Shown here in pieces: positions 36,777 through 46,597 of a stretch of 64,000 nt of DNA. Numbering within the stretch: the first letter of the stretch is position 1; the number at the start of each line of letters is the position of its first letter. The stretch is from an uncultured Actinomycetes bacterium (GTDB taxonomy: Bacteria; Actinomycetota; CADDZG01; WHSQ01): positions 67,823 to 131,822 of the forward strand of contig CAWGWA010000011.1 in assembly GCA_963826105.1 (NCBI GenBank), given 5' to 3'. The notes beneath the pieces are model-generated. The model was not told where the DNA came from, searched no databases, and saw only the letters and a list, made by a program, of their open reading frames with translations. The position numbers and the translations under genes were made by a program.

Positions 36777-39470
36777 TCAGGTTCTCATCACCTGCGCGAT
36801 GTCCGCTCGGTCGATGCTTCTTTGTACCCGCCAAGCCGAGACTGCGGAGGCGCCGCAAGTGACCACCACCGTTGCCGCGATCGTCATCATAGGGATGACG
36901 AGTAGCGGATCCGGAGGAAGGGTGGGCCGCAGATCCAGTTGCACGTGCATCAGAGCCGCGACCGGCAGGCCCGCCGCCGCAGCGACTCCGAGCGAGATTA
37001 GCGCCGCGCCGAGGATCTCGGCGAGCGAAGTCATGAACTCCGCCCCGCGTGAGAACCCCATCCTCCGCGTGATCGCGCTCGCGATGACTGTGTCCCGATG
37101 GCGCGCCTGGAGATAGAGGAACAAACCCAGCATCGCGATCAGACCGGCCGCGGCTCCGAGGGCGCCAAGAACACCCAGGGTCCACAACAGCGACTGCAAA
37201 CCCGGTGTGTCCAACACCACGGCGGTGTCGACCGTGCGCAAGAAACTGATGTCATTCTCGATCAACGTCGGGAGGATCGTCTCTGGATCTCCCGAGGCCC
37301 ATAATTCTTGATCGGGCGGCGAGATCGACGATCCGATCGTCTCGAGGATCTCGTGGAAGTTGTCGATCGTCACCACGACCGCATTCTCGTCGCCGGCTAT
37401 CCCCGGGAAAGAGTCGAGGGTCTCCACTACCTGAAGGGGCACCTGCTCGCCGCCTCCGTTGAGTGGTCCCGACAGCCGCTCACCGACCGAGGCCGCGGGG
37501 GCTGAGTCTCCTTCGGCGGTCAGCTCCTCGAGCAGCTCGGCCAACGAGATATCGGCGAACGTCGTATCCCAATAGGCCGCCTCCTCGAACGTCGTGGGGT
37601 CGATCCCGACCAGGGTCACTTGCTGGAACCCATCCCCCGCCGAGATGCCATCGGCTTGTGACACCAGCGTGGTTGGGAACGGCAGACCCTGCGGCTGCTC
37701 GGCGGACGATGTCACCGCAGCGAAATCACTTCCCACGAAAAGCCTCGCCTTGGCTTCCGTCGACGCCTTAACTGAGGAACCGACGGTTATCCCGTACAAC
37801 ATCACTCCGAGAGCACACGCCCCCGCGGTGACGAGAACCTGCGTCATCCCGGGGGCCCCTGCGAGTCTGCGAGAGGCTAGGTAAAGAGAAGGCGTCCCAT
37901 CCCGGAGCAAGCGCCCGACGCGCGGCATCAGGAGGCGCAGGCCCATCGCGCCGACCACCGACACGCAGAGGATCAACCCGATCGGCAGAGCCATCGTCAT
38001 CGGATCGCGCAAACCGGCACCTTCGGAAGCTTCGAGATGATTCCGCAATGCGATCATCGCGGCCACCCCGAAGATGGCGAAGGCGATGGCTACCCCCAGG
38101 GCTCGGTGCTCCGTGGTCACGTCCCCTTCTTCGGCGATCTCCTTCTCGGCCCGTCGAACCGCGAAGGCAGCGCCAACCGCCATCGTGGCGAGCCCGACCA
38201 GGGCCATGATCGTTACCCGTGTCAGCTCCGACGTCGCGGCCGATGTCGAAAGGTCGCCCGCAGGACCGAGGAGTCGGACAAGGGTGAATCCGACATAGAC
38301 GCCTGCGGCCGTTCCGATCGCCGCTGGCATGGCTCCCTCCAAGCCGTATCGCAGGCCCTGCGCCAACGGACCGATCCCCCGCGCGGATAGAGACCGGGCC
38401 TCGACGACCCGGCGCCTGACGAGATAGAAGCCTGCCGCCGCCATGACGCCCAGTGCGACCAGGCCCCCGGCCACGGCAAGGAGATCAACAACCGGAGTGA
38501 CCGAATCGATCCTCTCGGCGGCGGCCGAGCGCACGAGGGGCAGAAGGCTTCCAACGTCAAAGGTGTAGTTGTCGATGGGGAGTTCTCCTCGCTGCACCCT
38601 GACCCTCGTAGCCCGCGCCGCCTCGTCGAGGCGGTCCACGAGCGAGTTCACCTCAGCCATGGTGGGCTCGGGCAACTCGATCGGAGCTTCCCACCGGATA
38701 TCGGGAAAGTCGCCGAGGCGTGCGGTGAGCTCGTAATACTCGTCGCTGGTGACGATCGCGAAGCTAGCCGGAAAGGTCTCGTCAGAGGTTCCTCGATAGA
38801 TCAGCTCCCCGAATCCCTGCCAGAACGGGCGCGGTTCGTCGAGCGGCAGGAACCGGTAGATGCCGGCCACCCGGATCTCCCTTTCCCGCGTCGGTCCCGA
38901 GATCTCGATGAGGTCACCCGGTTCCGCCCCGATCTGTTCGGCGGTGACGTCGGCGAGCCAAACTCCGTCGTTCGGATTGTCCGCCTCGGCGAGCTTCACC
39001 ACGTTGTCGAGTGCGCCTTCGCGCTTGATCAGCCTGATTTCCTTCTGGACATCTCCGGCCGAAACCCGGCTGATAGCGCTGACAAGTGAGGTGGATACGC
39101 GGCCAAGCTGAGGGATGCCCTCGATCTCCTCGGTTATCGCGGCGCGCACCTCCTCCTCGATCGCCCTCATCCTTCGAGCGTCACGCAGGGGATCCTCGGG
39201 CCCCCCGCCCAGGCGGAAGCCCGTCGAGTAGCTAGCCCGGAGGCCGGCTCCCCACTTAGAGACGTCGCTTATCTCGGTACGCAGAGACGAGGTTTCACTC
39301 GACTGCAGGAATGCCGGACCGGACGATGTCGCGATCGCGAGGATCGCCGCGCTGAGAACCGTGATCCCGAGGATCTGTGGGAACCGGCGAAGGAGCAGTG
39401 GAGCTCTCACCCACAGGATCGCTGCGCGGCCGGCGCGCTTCCGTCGGGTCCTCTCCTTCGGTGAAGTCAC
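36777..39470 (-). CDS. large FtsX-family ABC transporter permease (~897 aa)
   Basis: GTG 39470 overlaps the TGA of the upstream ATPase (GTGTGA). The N-terminus VTSPKERTRRKRAGRAAILWVRAPLLLRRFP leads into TM segments, with large extracytoplasmic loops and two FtsX-like TM bundles. It is tracked as part of the 1120-aa ORF 36777..40139. Confidence 0.7.
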   Translation of the reverse strand: MTSPKERTRRKRAGRAAILWVRAPLLLRRFPQILGITVLSAAILAIATSSGPAFLQSSETSSLRTEISDVSKWGAGLRASYSTGFRLGGGPEDPLRDARRMRAIEEEVRAAITEEIEGIPQLGRVSTSLVSAISRVSAGDVQKEIRLIKREGALDNVVKLAEADNPNDGVWLADVTAEQIGAEPGDLIEISGPTREREIRVAGIYRFLPLDEPRPFWQGFGELIYRGTSDETFPASFAIVTSDEYYELTARLGDFPDIRWEAPIELPEPTMAEVNSLVDRLDEAARATRVRVQRGELPIDNYTFDVGSLLPLVRSAAAERIDSVTPVVDLLAVAGGLVALGVMAAAGFYLVRRRVVEARSLSARGIGPLAQGLRYGLEGAMPAAIGTAAGVYVGFTLVRLLGPAGDLSTSAATSELTRVTIMALVGLATMAVGAAFAVRRAEKEIAEEGDVTTEHRALGVAIAFAIFGVAAMIALRNHLEASEGAGLRDPMTMALPIGLILCVSVVGAMGLRLLMPRVGRLLRDGTPSLYLASRRLAGAPGMTQVLVTAGACALGVMLYGITVGSSVKASTEAKARLFVGSDFAAVTSSAEQPQGLPFPTTLVSQADGISAGDGFQQVTLVGIDPTTFEEAAYWDTTFADISLAELLEELTAEGDSAPAASVGERLSGPLNGGGEQVPLQVVETLDSFPGIAGDENAVVVTIDNFHEILETIGSSISPPDQELWASGDPETILPTLIENDISFLRTVDTAVVLDTPGLQSLLWTLGVLGALGAAAGLIAMLGLFLYLQARHRDTVIASAITRRMGFSRGAEFMTSLAEILGAALISLGVAAAAGLPVAALMHVQLDLRPTLPPDPLLVIPMMTIAATVVVTCGASAVSAWRVQRSIDRADIAQVMRT

Positions 39471-40139
39471 ACCCGCTCCCCGACGATCCGGCCGTCTTCC
39501 ATCTCGATGATGCGGTCGAGATGCTCCATGACGCGCTCGGCTATGGGTCGCGACGAGACAGGAAGCCCCACTCGAGACCGCGGCGCGGAACGCGGCGAAG
39601 ACGATCTCCTCGCGTTGCGCGTCCTGGTGTCCGGTCGGCTCATCGGCGATCACAAGACGAGGAGACATCACGAAAGCTCGAGCTAGGGCCGTCCGTTGCT
39701 GTTCACCCATCGACACCTGGCGCGGCCGGCGACCCACGAGGTGGCCTAGCTCGAGCAGATCGACGACCTCATCCACCCGAGCGGCACGCTGCCGGGACCT
39801 CTGCCCGGTAAGCATCAGTGGGAGGCCGATGTTGTCGGCCAGACTGAGCTCATCCAGCAGGCCGAGCCTTTGCGGGACAACGGCGATCTGGTCCCACAAC
39901 AACCGGCCCATCACCGGCCTCGAACCCATCCACGACACCTCACCGTGATCCGCGTGCTCCCAGCCGCACAGGACGTTGATCAGGGTCGTCTTGCCCGAGC
40001 CCGACGGCCCCACTACGCCAACGAGCTCGCCCGGGCCGATCGAAAAGCTGACCTCCCTTAGGGCGTGGACGGTTTCGGGTCCACGGTGGTAGGCCTTGCT
40101 GATGTCGGAGAGCTCGGCGAGGGCCTGAGGCGAGGTCAT
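39467..40139 (-). pseudogene. ABC transporter ATP-binding protein, frameshifted near its 3' end
   Basis: GPSGSGKTTLINVL, VSMGEQQRTALARA and LVIADEPTGHQD. After ...CLVATH the expected tail (IAERVMEHLDRIIEMEDGRIVGERV*) is in the +1 frame, with the shift near 39545. This artificially fuses the ORF to the permease. Confidence 0.8.
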
Positions 40140-40843
40140 TCCACTCTCCTGCCGGACTCGAGACGGATCGTGACCCCTGCCCGTTCCGCAACTACCGGAT
40201 CGTGAGTCGCGAACACGACCGCGGTGCCACGCTCCGCGATCCGCTCCACCACCTCCAACAACGCCGCCGCCGAAGCGTGATCGAGTTCAGCGGTGGGCTC
40301 GTCCGCGACCAGCAGTGGAGGCGCGCCAAGGGCGGCCTGGGCGAACGCGAGTCGTTGTTGCTCGCCTCCGGAAAGTTCGTCCGGGTGATGACCTCGGAGG
40401 TGCGCGATCCCTAGTAGGTCGAGCAGATGGATGATCTCGCGGGTGCCGACGCCGCCTCTCATCTGAGCCGCAAGGGTCATGTGTTCGCGGAGGCTTAGAT
40501 AAGAGATGAGGTTCTCAGACGGTCGCTGGAACACGTAGCCGACCAGTCGCCTGCGGGCTCGTCGTCGAGCCCCCTTCCTCAGGTCCGAGATATTCAACCC
40601 TCCGACCTCGACCTCGCCGTACGACGGACGATCGAGCCCCGAGAGGATGCGCAATAGGGATGACTTTCCAGAACCTGAGGGACCCACGAGAGCAGTCATG
40701 ACACCGGTATGGAACTCGGCGTCCACGTGATCCAGAGCCTGGACATAGCTGTCCGCGGCTTGATAGACCCTACTGACCCCGCGGCAGATACCGGCGGGCG
40801 CGTCGCTCAACCGACCCCCTGGTTGCTCCCCCAGCAAACCCAT
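40136..40843 (-). CDS. ABC transporter ATP-binding protein
   Basis: I prefer ATG 40843 (MGLLGEQPGG...). GPSGSGKSSLLRIL, LSGGEQQRLAFAQA and LLVADEPTAELD. Its stop overlaps the start of the next ATPase gene. Confidence 0.85.
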   Translation of the reverse strand: MGLLGEQPGGRLSDAPAGICRGVSRVYQAADSYVQALDHVDAEFHTGVMTALVGPSGSGKSSLLRILSGLDRPSYGEVEVGGLNISDLRKGARRRARRRLVGYVFQRPSENLISYLSLREHMTLAAQMRGGVGTREIIHLLDLLGIAHLRGHHPDELSGGEQQRLAFAQAALGAPPLLVADEPTAELDHASAAALLEVVERIAERGTAVVFATHDPVVAERAGVTIRLESGRRVE

Positions 40844-40850
40844 CGGAACC

Positions 40851-41771
40851 CTACAGCGAGGAGGGCCGCTCTTGTGGGAGGCCGTCCTGAGGAACGAGGT
40901 CGTCACAGGGATCGCATTCGAGCTGCAGTGTGGCGTGATCGATACCGAATCGCTCGCGCAACATCGCTTCGATCCGAGCCCCATCGGCCTGTGCATCCCG
41001 CAATGAACGACCACCCGATACCCGGACGTGCGCGGAGAGGGCGGGAGTGTCGGAAGCCAGGCTCCACAGATGGAGGTGGTGAACCCCCTCGACCCCCTCG
41101 ACCGCCGCTATTGCGGCCTCGACCTCTGCCGTGTCGAGATGGCGAGGCGTTGCCTCCATCAGAACGTGGGTCGTGTCCTTTAAGAGGTGGATCGCCGAAT
41201 ACACGACGAGCAGACCGATGCCGATCGAAGCCGCGGGGTCGACCCACCCCGCGTCCCAGACCACGATCGCGATGCCTGCCGCCAGGGCCCCTACCGAACC
41301 GATCGCGTCCATCACCATGTGGAGGAACGCGGCGCGCAAATTGAGACTGTGGCCCCGGTTGCGGTGGAGGAACACCGCGCTGCAGATGTTGATGAGCAGC
41401 CCGAGCGTTGCCACGGCCGCGATCCCCGCACCCTCCACCTGGACCGGGTCTCCGAACCTTTTGGTCGCCTCGTAAAGTATCCATCCCGACGTAGCTAGCA
41501 GGACGACTCCATTCAGCTGGGCTCCCAGGACCTCGGCTCGCTGCATCCCGTAGGTATGCCGGATCGACGACGGTCTACTGAGCAACCCGTGGGCCACCAG
41601 TGCGATCGCCAGGCCACCCACGTCGGAGAGCATGTGGGCCGCATCGGCCAGCAAAGCGAGCGAACCGAAGACCAGGCCCCCGGCTACCTCGACGCCGAGG
41701 AAGAGGCCGTTCGCCACGAGAGCGATCCGGAGTGCTCGGCTCTGCGCGGTTCGATCGTGGGGACCCGTCAT
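40851..41771 (-). CDS. cation diffusion facilitator (CzcD/ZitB-like) transporter
   Basis: I prefer ATG 41771. LALLADAAHMLSDV...HMVMDAIGS and a C-terminal cytoplasmic domain (VHHLHLWSL...HATLQLE). Confidence 0.85.
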   Translation of the reverse strand: MTGPHDRTAQSRALRIALVANGLFLGVEVAGGLVFGSLALLADAAHMLSDVGGLAIALVAHGLLSRPSSIRHTYGMQRAEVLGAQLNGVVLLATSGWILYEATKRFGDPVQVEGAGIAAVATLGLLINICSAVFLHRNRGHSLNLRAAFLHMVMDAIGSVGALAAGIAIVVWDAGWVDPAASIGIGLLVVYSAIHLLKDTTHVLMEATPRHLDTAEVEAAIAAVEGVEGVHHLHLWSLASDTPALSAHVRVSGGRSLRDAQADGARIEAMLRERFGIDHATLQLECDPCDDLVPQDGLPQERPSSL

Positions 41772-41863
41772 CTGAGTATTTTCCTCGAAGGTGGTTGTCC
41801 TTACCAGGATGAACCCCCACCATACGGGGCGACTCAACCCTGACCTATCGCCGTGGAGGACTC

Positions 41864-42874
41864 GTGAAGATCAGCCGCAGATCGTTGCTCGGAGGGGCAG
41901 GTGCGTCCCTCGCCGGTCTGGCAGCAAGCGGCCACCTATCGAGAGCGCTGGCCGAACACTCCAGAGACGCTCCTTCGGTGTTCACGCCCGAACCCACCCG
42001 CGTCAAAGTGGACGACGGAGACACGGTGGAGCTCTTCGCCAGCCGGATCGGCAGGGCACGTGTTGGTTACGGACTCGAGCCTGGAGCACCAACAATCCCG
42101 GGGCCGACGATCGAGATGGACGAGGGCAGCACGATCTTGGTCACGCTGACGAACGAGAACTCCTCTTCGGTCAGTTTCCACCCGCACGGCGTCGACTACT
42201 CGGTCGACTCCGACGGAACCGGCTTCAACCTCAGTGCGGTGAAGCCGGGCGCGTCGCACACCTACGAGCTTCGTAGTCACGCTCCGTCCGTGCGCCCCGA
42301 TGGAACCGTCGATCCTGGCTCGGCCGGCTACTGGCACTACCACGATCACGTCATGGGAACGCCGCACGGCACCGGCGGCATCGCGGCCGGGTTGTACGGA
42401 GCCTTGATCGTTCGACGCGCCGGCGACCCGCTTCCCGAGAACGACCCGATCGTGCTGGTCATGCAGGGCAACGCATTCAACCTGAAGAAGGCACCGAAGA
42501 CCCCGATGCCTACAAGGAAACTCGGCGAGAGAGTCGAGTTCGTCGTCATCACCCACGGCGAGCTGTTCCACACCTTCCACATCCACGGCCATCGGTGGGT
42601 CGATACGCGTACCGGTGTGGCATCGAGCATCGATGACTCAGCGCGACTGATCGACACGAAAACCGTGGGTCCCGCCGACTCCTTCGGGTTCCAGGTCATC
42701 GCCGGCGAGGGCGTCGGTGAGGGGGCCTGGATGTACCACTGCCACGTCCAGGCGCACTCCGATATGGGGATGTCCGGTCTCTTCGTGGTCGGCGACGCCA
42801 ACGGGAACATCTCGCCCGCCACCGAGGCGGCGATCGCCCGCTGGAAGAAGTCGGAGCAGACCCACCAGCACTAG
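41864..42874 (+). CDS. two-domain multicopper oxidase (small laccase, SLAC-like) with Tat signal
   Basis: MKISRRSLLGGAGASLAGLAA is a twin-arginine signal. Copper-binding motifs: SFHPHGVDY, WHYHDH, HTFHIHGHRW and WMYHCHVQAHSDMGM. Confidence 0.85.
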   Translation: MKISRRSLLGGAGASLAGLAASGHLSRALAEHSRDAPSVFTPEPTRVKVDDGDTVELFASRIGRARVGYGLEPGAPTIPGPTIEMDEGSTILVTLTNENSSSVSFHPHGVDYSVDSDGTGFNLSAVKPGASHTYELRSHAPSVRPDGTVDPGSAGYWHYHDHVMGTPHGTGGIAAGLYGALIVRRAGDPLPENDPIVLVMQGNAFNLKKAPKTPMPTRKLGERVEFVVITHGELFHTFHIHGHRWVDTRTGVASSIDDSARLIDTKTVGPADSFGFQVIAGEGVGEGAWMYHCHVQAHSDMGMSGLFVVGDANGNISPATEAAIARWKKSEQTHQH

Positions 42875-42940
42875 CGTTAATGCGAGGTAGGCACGCCCTT
42901 GCAGAACTGCTTGCCGTCGACGGTCTTCTCGGGCCGTGGT

Positions 42941-44240
42941 TCAAGGATCAACGGCTCGCGCGGGTTCCTGATCGAAATCGAACAGATCCAGCATGTCGTT
43001 GGCGTCGCGATCGCGATGGGTGAGCGGCTCGATGTCGAACAAGGATTCCTGCAGAGCTAGGAAAGACGAGAACTCGAACGTCGTGTCGCTGATGTGGCCG
43101 CTCTTCGCCCAGGGCGAGATGACTATGAGTGGAACCCGGGGGCCGAAACCAAGATCGTCGACTTGTGGCGGCGGCGTGTGATCGTAGATCCCTCCGAAGT
43201 CGTCCCACGTGATGAAGATCGCGGTGCGCTCCCAGTCGGGCCCTTGCATCACTGCGCTGACCTGTTCGATCGTCCAGTTCTCGCCCACGCACAGGCTGCG
43301 TCCCGGGTGCGGGTGGTCGTTCCACTTTGCCGGGGGCAGCACGTACGACACCTGCGGCAACGATCCCGCCGCCGCGTCCTCGAGGAAGCGAGCGGGGTCG
43401 ATCACGTGCTCCCAGCGTTCGGTGTTGCGGATCTCGTCCACCGCCAGGAGTGGGTTGTGGAACTGCTCGGGCTTCCCGTAGTAGTTCCACGAGACACCGG
43501 CCTTCTCCAACTCGGGAAAGATCGTCCGCACGTCGATACACGCACTGATCTCTCGGAACAACGCACGGATCCTGGCGATCTTGAGGGTTCGCTCCCATTC
43601 CATGAGCTTCGGATGGTGAGCGAGCCGGTTGAAGCGTTCGCGCTTGTCCTCGCAGTAGAGGCCCTGGCCGTCCTCGGGAGTGAGTTTGTTTGACACCACA
43701 CGGCTCAGCGCTGGCGGCGACGGTGTACATGTGCTCGGGGATCGTCGGCCCGTACATCGACGAGAACATCCGCTCCCCCAGGACGTACTCCTCGGCGTAA
43801 GCCCAGTAGGCCGGGATATCCACCTCTCGGTACTGCGTATAACCGTCGAGGAATCGGCCCCCGGGGATGCGGTCGAACCCATTCATCTCGCCGCCGTTGA
43901 TCACCACGAGGCCGGAGATGAAGTCGTGACCGATGTCGTGCTCGTAGACATCCGGCGCTCGGGCCAGAGGGATCTCGGTGCCGTCCGAGAGTCGGCCGGT
44001 CGTGGCACCGTCCGCTCCGGGGAAGCGCCCGAAGAGATTGTCGAAGGTGCGGTTCTCCTTGACGATGAAGACGACCTTCTCGATCGGCACCCCGGTAGGG
44101 ATCAACCCCTCGTCTGACGGCGGACCACCGGACTCGTTCGGCCTTACCTCACCGGACGCGGCAGGCGTCGGGGGCTCGGATGACCCGGTGCATGCCCCGG
44201 CCATCATCACGATCGTTAGGCCAGCAAGGAGGCGGCGCAT
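42941..44240 (-). pseudogene. phosphoesterase-family (phospholipase C / acid phosphatase AcpA-like) lipoprotein, frameshifted
   Basis: Lipoprotein signal MRRLLAGLTIVMMAGAC, then VVFIVKENRTFDNLFG. The N-terminal frame (to ...[12 protein letters not shown]) and the C-terminal frame ([13 protein letters not shown]...[13 protein letters not shown]...[14 protein letters not shown]) differ by one base near 43701. Confidence 0.75.
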
Positions 44241-44311
44241 CCCGGGAACGATAGCCGCAGCGAGAGATCGACCTCGTTCCGGTGCCGCCTTCCACCTGAT
44301 GAACTGAGACC

Positions 44312-44321
44312 GGGGGGGGGG
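44312..44321. repeat. G10 homopolymer tract in a divergent promoter region
   Basis: Ten consecutive G at 44312-44321, 17 nt upstream of ATG 44338 and 72 nt from the start of the minus-strand phosphoesterase gene. Confidence 0.9.
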
Positions 44322-44337
44322 CGGCTAACCTGCTCCG

Positions 44338-45123
44338 ATGTCTGAGTCCTTCTTCGTTCCCGACGGAACCGACGTCTTCATCCCTACCGACCACACGATC
44401 GGCCCGTGGGACGCACGTTCGCAACATGGCGGGCCCCCGGCGGCGCTGCTGGGCCGGGCGATGGAATCCGCCCCCGGAGGGGAGGACAAACGCGTTGCCC
44501 GGGTGACCTTCGATCTCCTTCGACCGGTCCCCGTCGATCCTCTGACCGTTGGCTGCGAGGTGACCCGGCCGGGACGCCGCGCCGATCTTGTCGAAGCGTC
44601 GCTCCACGCCGGCGACAAGGTCGTCATGCGCGCAGCAGCGTGGCGAATCCGGACGACTTCTCTGGACCTCCCCGAGCCGACCCCCGATCCCGTCACCGGG
44701 CCGGACGACGCGGCAACGTTGGAGCCATTCGGTAGCCCGGCGACGCACACCGACGATTATTACCTCGCCGCTATGGACATCAGGTTCGTCGAGGGAGCGT
44801 TCCTGACCGGGGGCCCGGCTACCGCCTGGTTCCGGGCGCGCTATCCGCTGGTCGCCGGCGAAGACAACTCACCGCTTACGGTCGTCCTGATCGCCATCGA
44901 CAGTGCCAGCGGGATCTCCGCCGAACTGGATCCGAGGGAGTGGCTGTTCATCAATCCCGACCTCGATGTCCACCTCGCCCGCTATCCGACCGACGAGTGG
45001 ACCCGCATCGACGCCCGGAGTCAGATCGAGCCCTCCGGGATCGGCATGGCCGGCGCAACGATCCGAGACCGCACCGGCGTCATCGGTCGGAGCTCCCAAA
45101 GCCTCCTGATCGCCCGCCGCTAG
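44338..45123 (+). CDS. acyl-CoA thioesterase-like (double hotdog, TesB-like) protein
   Basis: 261 aa. IGPWDARSQHGGPPAALLGRAM...TFDLLRPVP, with a second half ...DLDVHLARYP. Assignment is from pattern memory only. Confidence 0.6.
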   Translation: MSESFFVPDGTDVFIPTDHTIGPWDARSQHGGPPAALLGRAMESAPGGEDKRVARVTFDLLRPVPVDPLTVGCEVTRPGRRADLVEASLHAGDKVVMRAAAWRIRTTSLDLPEPTPDPVTGPDDAATLEPFGSPATHTDDYYLAAMDIRFVEGAFLTGGPATAWFRARYPLVAGEDNSPLTVVLIAIDSASGISAELDPREWLFINPDLDVHLARYPTDEWTRIDARSQIEPSGIGMAGATIRDRTGVIGRSSQSLLIARR

Positions 45124-45516
45124 GCCTTCTCATCCGCCCAGATCTCGTCGAACGCGTACTGATCTTCGGGGAGAACGCGACATTCGACGATCTTGCCGCC
45201 GGCGAACCGGTAGAGACCATGAGCGCGCCACTCGTGGGACCGGCCGCCGCGCTCCGCATGGCCCGTTGCGATCACCAGAGCCCATTCGTCACCGACCAGG
45301 ATGTCGTCCACCACAATCTCGAATGACCCTTTGGCGAGGTCCTGTCGGCGACGCGTAAGCCATGACTTCTTCACGGCCTCGATAGGTACCGGCGATGGCA
45401 CTTCTCCCAGGGACGTGCCACTCGATGTCGTCGTGGAAGACCTCATCGAGGGCGCCCCAGTCCCTGGTCGCCCGAGCCTCATACTCGCGCCTGAGGAGTT
45501 CCTCATTGGGGTGCAT
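45120..45516 (-). pseudogene. SnoaL/NTF2-like protein, frameshifted
   Basis: The N-terminal frame (MHPNEELLRREYEARATRDWGALDEVFHDDIEWHVPG...YRGREEVM) and the C-terminal frame (LTRRRQDLAKGSFEIVVDDILVGDEWALVIA...FAGGKIVECRVLPEDQYAFDEIW) differ by one base near 45357. Confidence 0.6.
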
Positions 45517-45572
45517 GGCTCGGTTCTATCCGACCTCGAGGAATCCCTCCAGCGCGCGGGCTTCCCATCCTG

Positions 45573-45597
45573 CTCAGTCGTTCTATAGCCGACTGAG
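45573..45597 (-). terminator. stem-loop downstream of the stomatin-like gene (possible terminator without a U-tail)
   Basis: CTCAGTCG / CGACTGAG forms an 8-bp stem with a 9-nt loop, 16 nt after the TAA at 45613-45615. No T-run follows. Confidence 0.35.
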
Positions 45598-45612
45598 CTG
45601 GAAAGGAAGGCG

Positions 45613-46491
45613 TTAGGGCTTCGGTTCGAAGGCGGTTTTCGCTTGGCCCGTGACGTTGGCCAGGAGGTTGGCGAACTCCATCGGGATCACCAGCTTGGTC
45701 GAGTCGCTTGCGCCCAGTTCCTTGAGAGCTTCGAGGTACTGGAGGCTCATCGTGTTCGCCTCGAGACCCTGGGCAACCTCCGAGATCTGCTTCAAGGCCA
45801 GAGCGAACCCCTCCGCCCGTAGAACGGCGGCCTGACGCGCTCCCTCAGCCTCGAGGATCGAAGCCGCCTTGGAGCCCTCGGCCACGGTGATCGATGCCTG
45901 CTTGGAACCATCGGCTTCGGTAACAACGGCACGCCGGGTCCGCTCCGCCGACATCTGGCGCGTCATCGCGTCCTGAACCGCAGGAGGTGGAACGATCTCG
46001 CGGATCTCGACGTTGGTGACCTTCACACCCCAGCGCTCGGTGACCTCATCGAGCTTCGTTCTGAGGACCTCGTTCATCAGCTCGCGCTTCGCAAGGACAT
46101 CGTCAAGGCTCATGTCGCCCACTACCGATCGCAGGGTGGTCGCCGCAATCGTCTGAGCGGCCCCGGCGAAGTTCCCGACCTCAACGACCGACATGACGCC
46201 GTCGACAACTTTGTAGAAGACGATGAAGTCGATCGAGATAGTCGCGTTGTCTTCCGTGATCGCGCTTTGGTGGGGGATGTCGAGATAGAGCTCTCTGAGA
46301 TCGACCCATACAGCGCGGTCGATCAGAGGGATGAGGATGACGAGGCCGGGACCCTTGATCCCAAGTACGCGGCCGAGTCGGAAGACGACGAGGCGCTGAT
46401 ACTCCCGGACGATCTTGAGGATCGACATCGGGATAATCACAACGAAGAAAAGAACCAGGATCCCGAGACCGATCAGTACTTCATTACTCAC
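45613..46491 (-). CDS. SPFH/band-7 (stomatin/slipin-like) protein
   Basis: N-terminal TM segment, then IVREYQRLVVFRLGRV...GPGLVILIPLIDR...LRTKLDEVTERWGVKVTNVEIREI...AEGSKAASILEAEG. Confidence 0.9.
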   Translation of the reverse strand: MSNEVLIGLGILVLFFVVIIPMSILKIVREYQRLVVFRLGRVLGIKGPGLVILIPLIDRAVWVDLRELYLDIPHQSAITEDNATISIDFIVFYKVVDGVMSVVEVGNFAGAAQTIAATTLRSVVGDMSLDDVLAKRELMNEVLRTKLDEVTERWGVKVTNVEIREIVPPPAVQDAMTRQMSAERTRRAVVTEADGSKQASITVAEGSKAASILEAEGARQAAVLRAEGFALALKQISEVAQGLEANTMSLQYLEALKELGASDSTKLVIPMEFANLLANVTGQAKTAFEPKP

Positions 46492-46508
46492 TTATCCCCC
46501 TCATCTCT

Positions 46509-46597
46509 TCTGCGATTACGCCGAGGCGAATCGCTCTGTTCTGCGATTACGCCGAGGCGAATCGCTCTGTCCTGCGATTACGCCGAGGCGAATCGCT
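46509..46597. repeat. three tandem copies of a 31-bp palindromic unit
   Basis: TCTGCGATTACGCCGAGGCGAATCGCTCTGT occurs at 46509-46539 and, identically, at 46540-46570. A third partial copy (46571-46597, first base C) overlaps the nfeD stop codon. Each unit contains GCGATTCGCC..GGCGTAATCGC, which can form a hairpin. Confidence 0.9.

Noticed and set aside
36777-40139. 1120-aa ORF that looks like a fused ABC ATPase-permease
   Set aside because: The ATPase C-terminal helix (IAERVMEHLDRIIEMEDGRIVGERV*) is intact in the +1 frame, and its TGA overlaps a GTG that starts the permease. The fusion is produced by a single-base frame error near 39545.
46509-46597. CRISPR array
   Set aside because: The 31-bp units are directly adjacent with no spacers, there are only about 2.9 copies, and no cas genes are in the window. 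It is a tandem repeat, not a CRISPR array.
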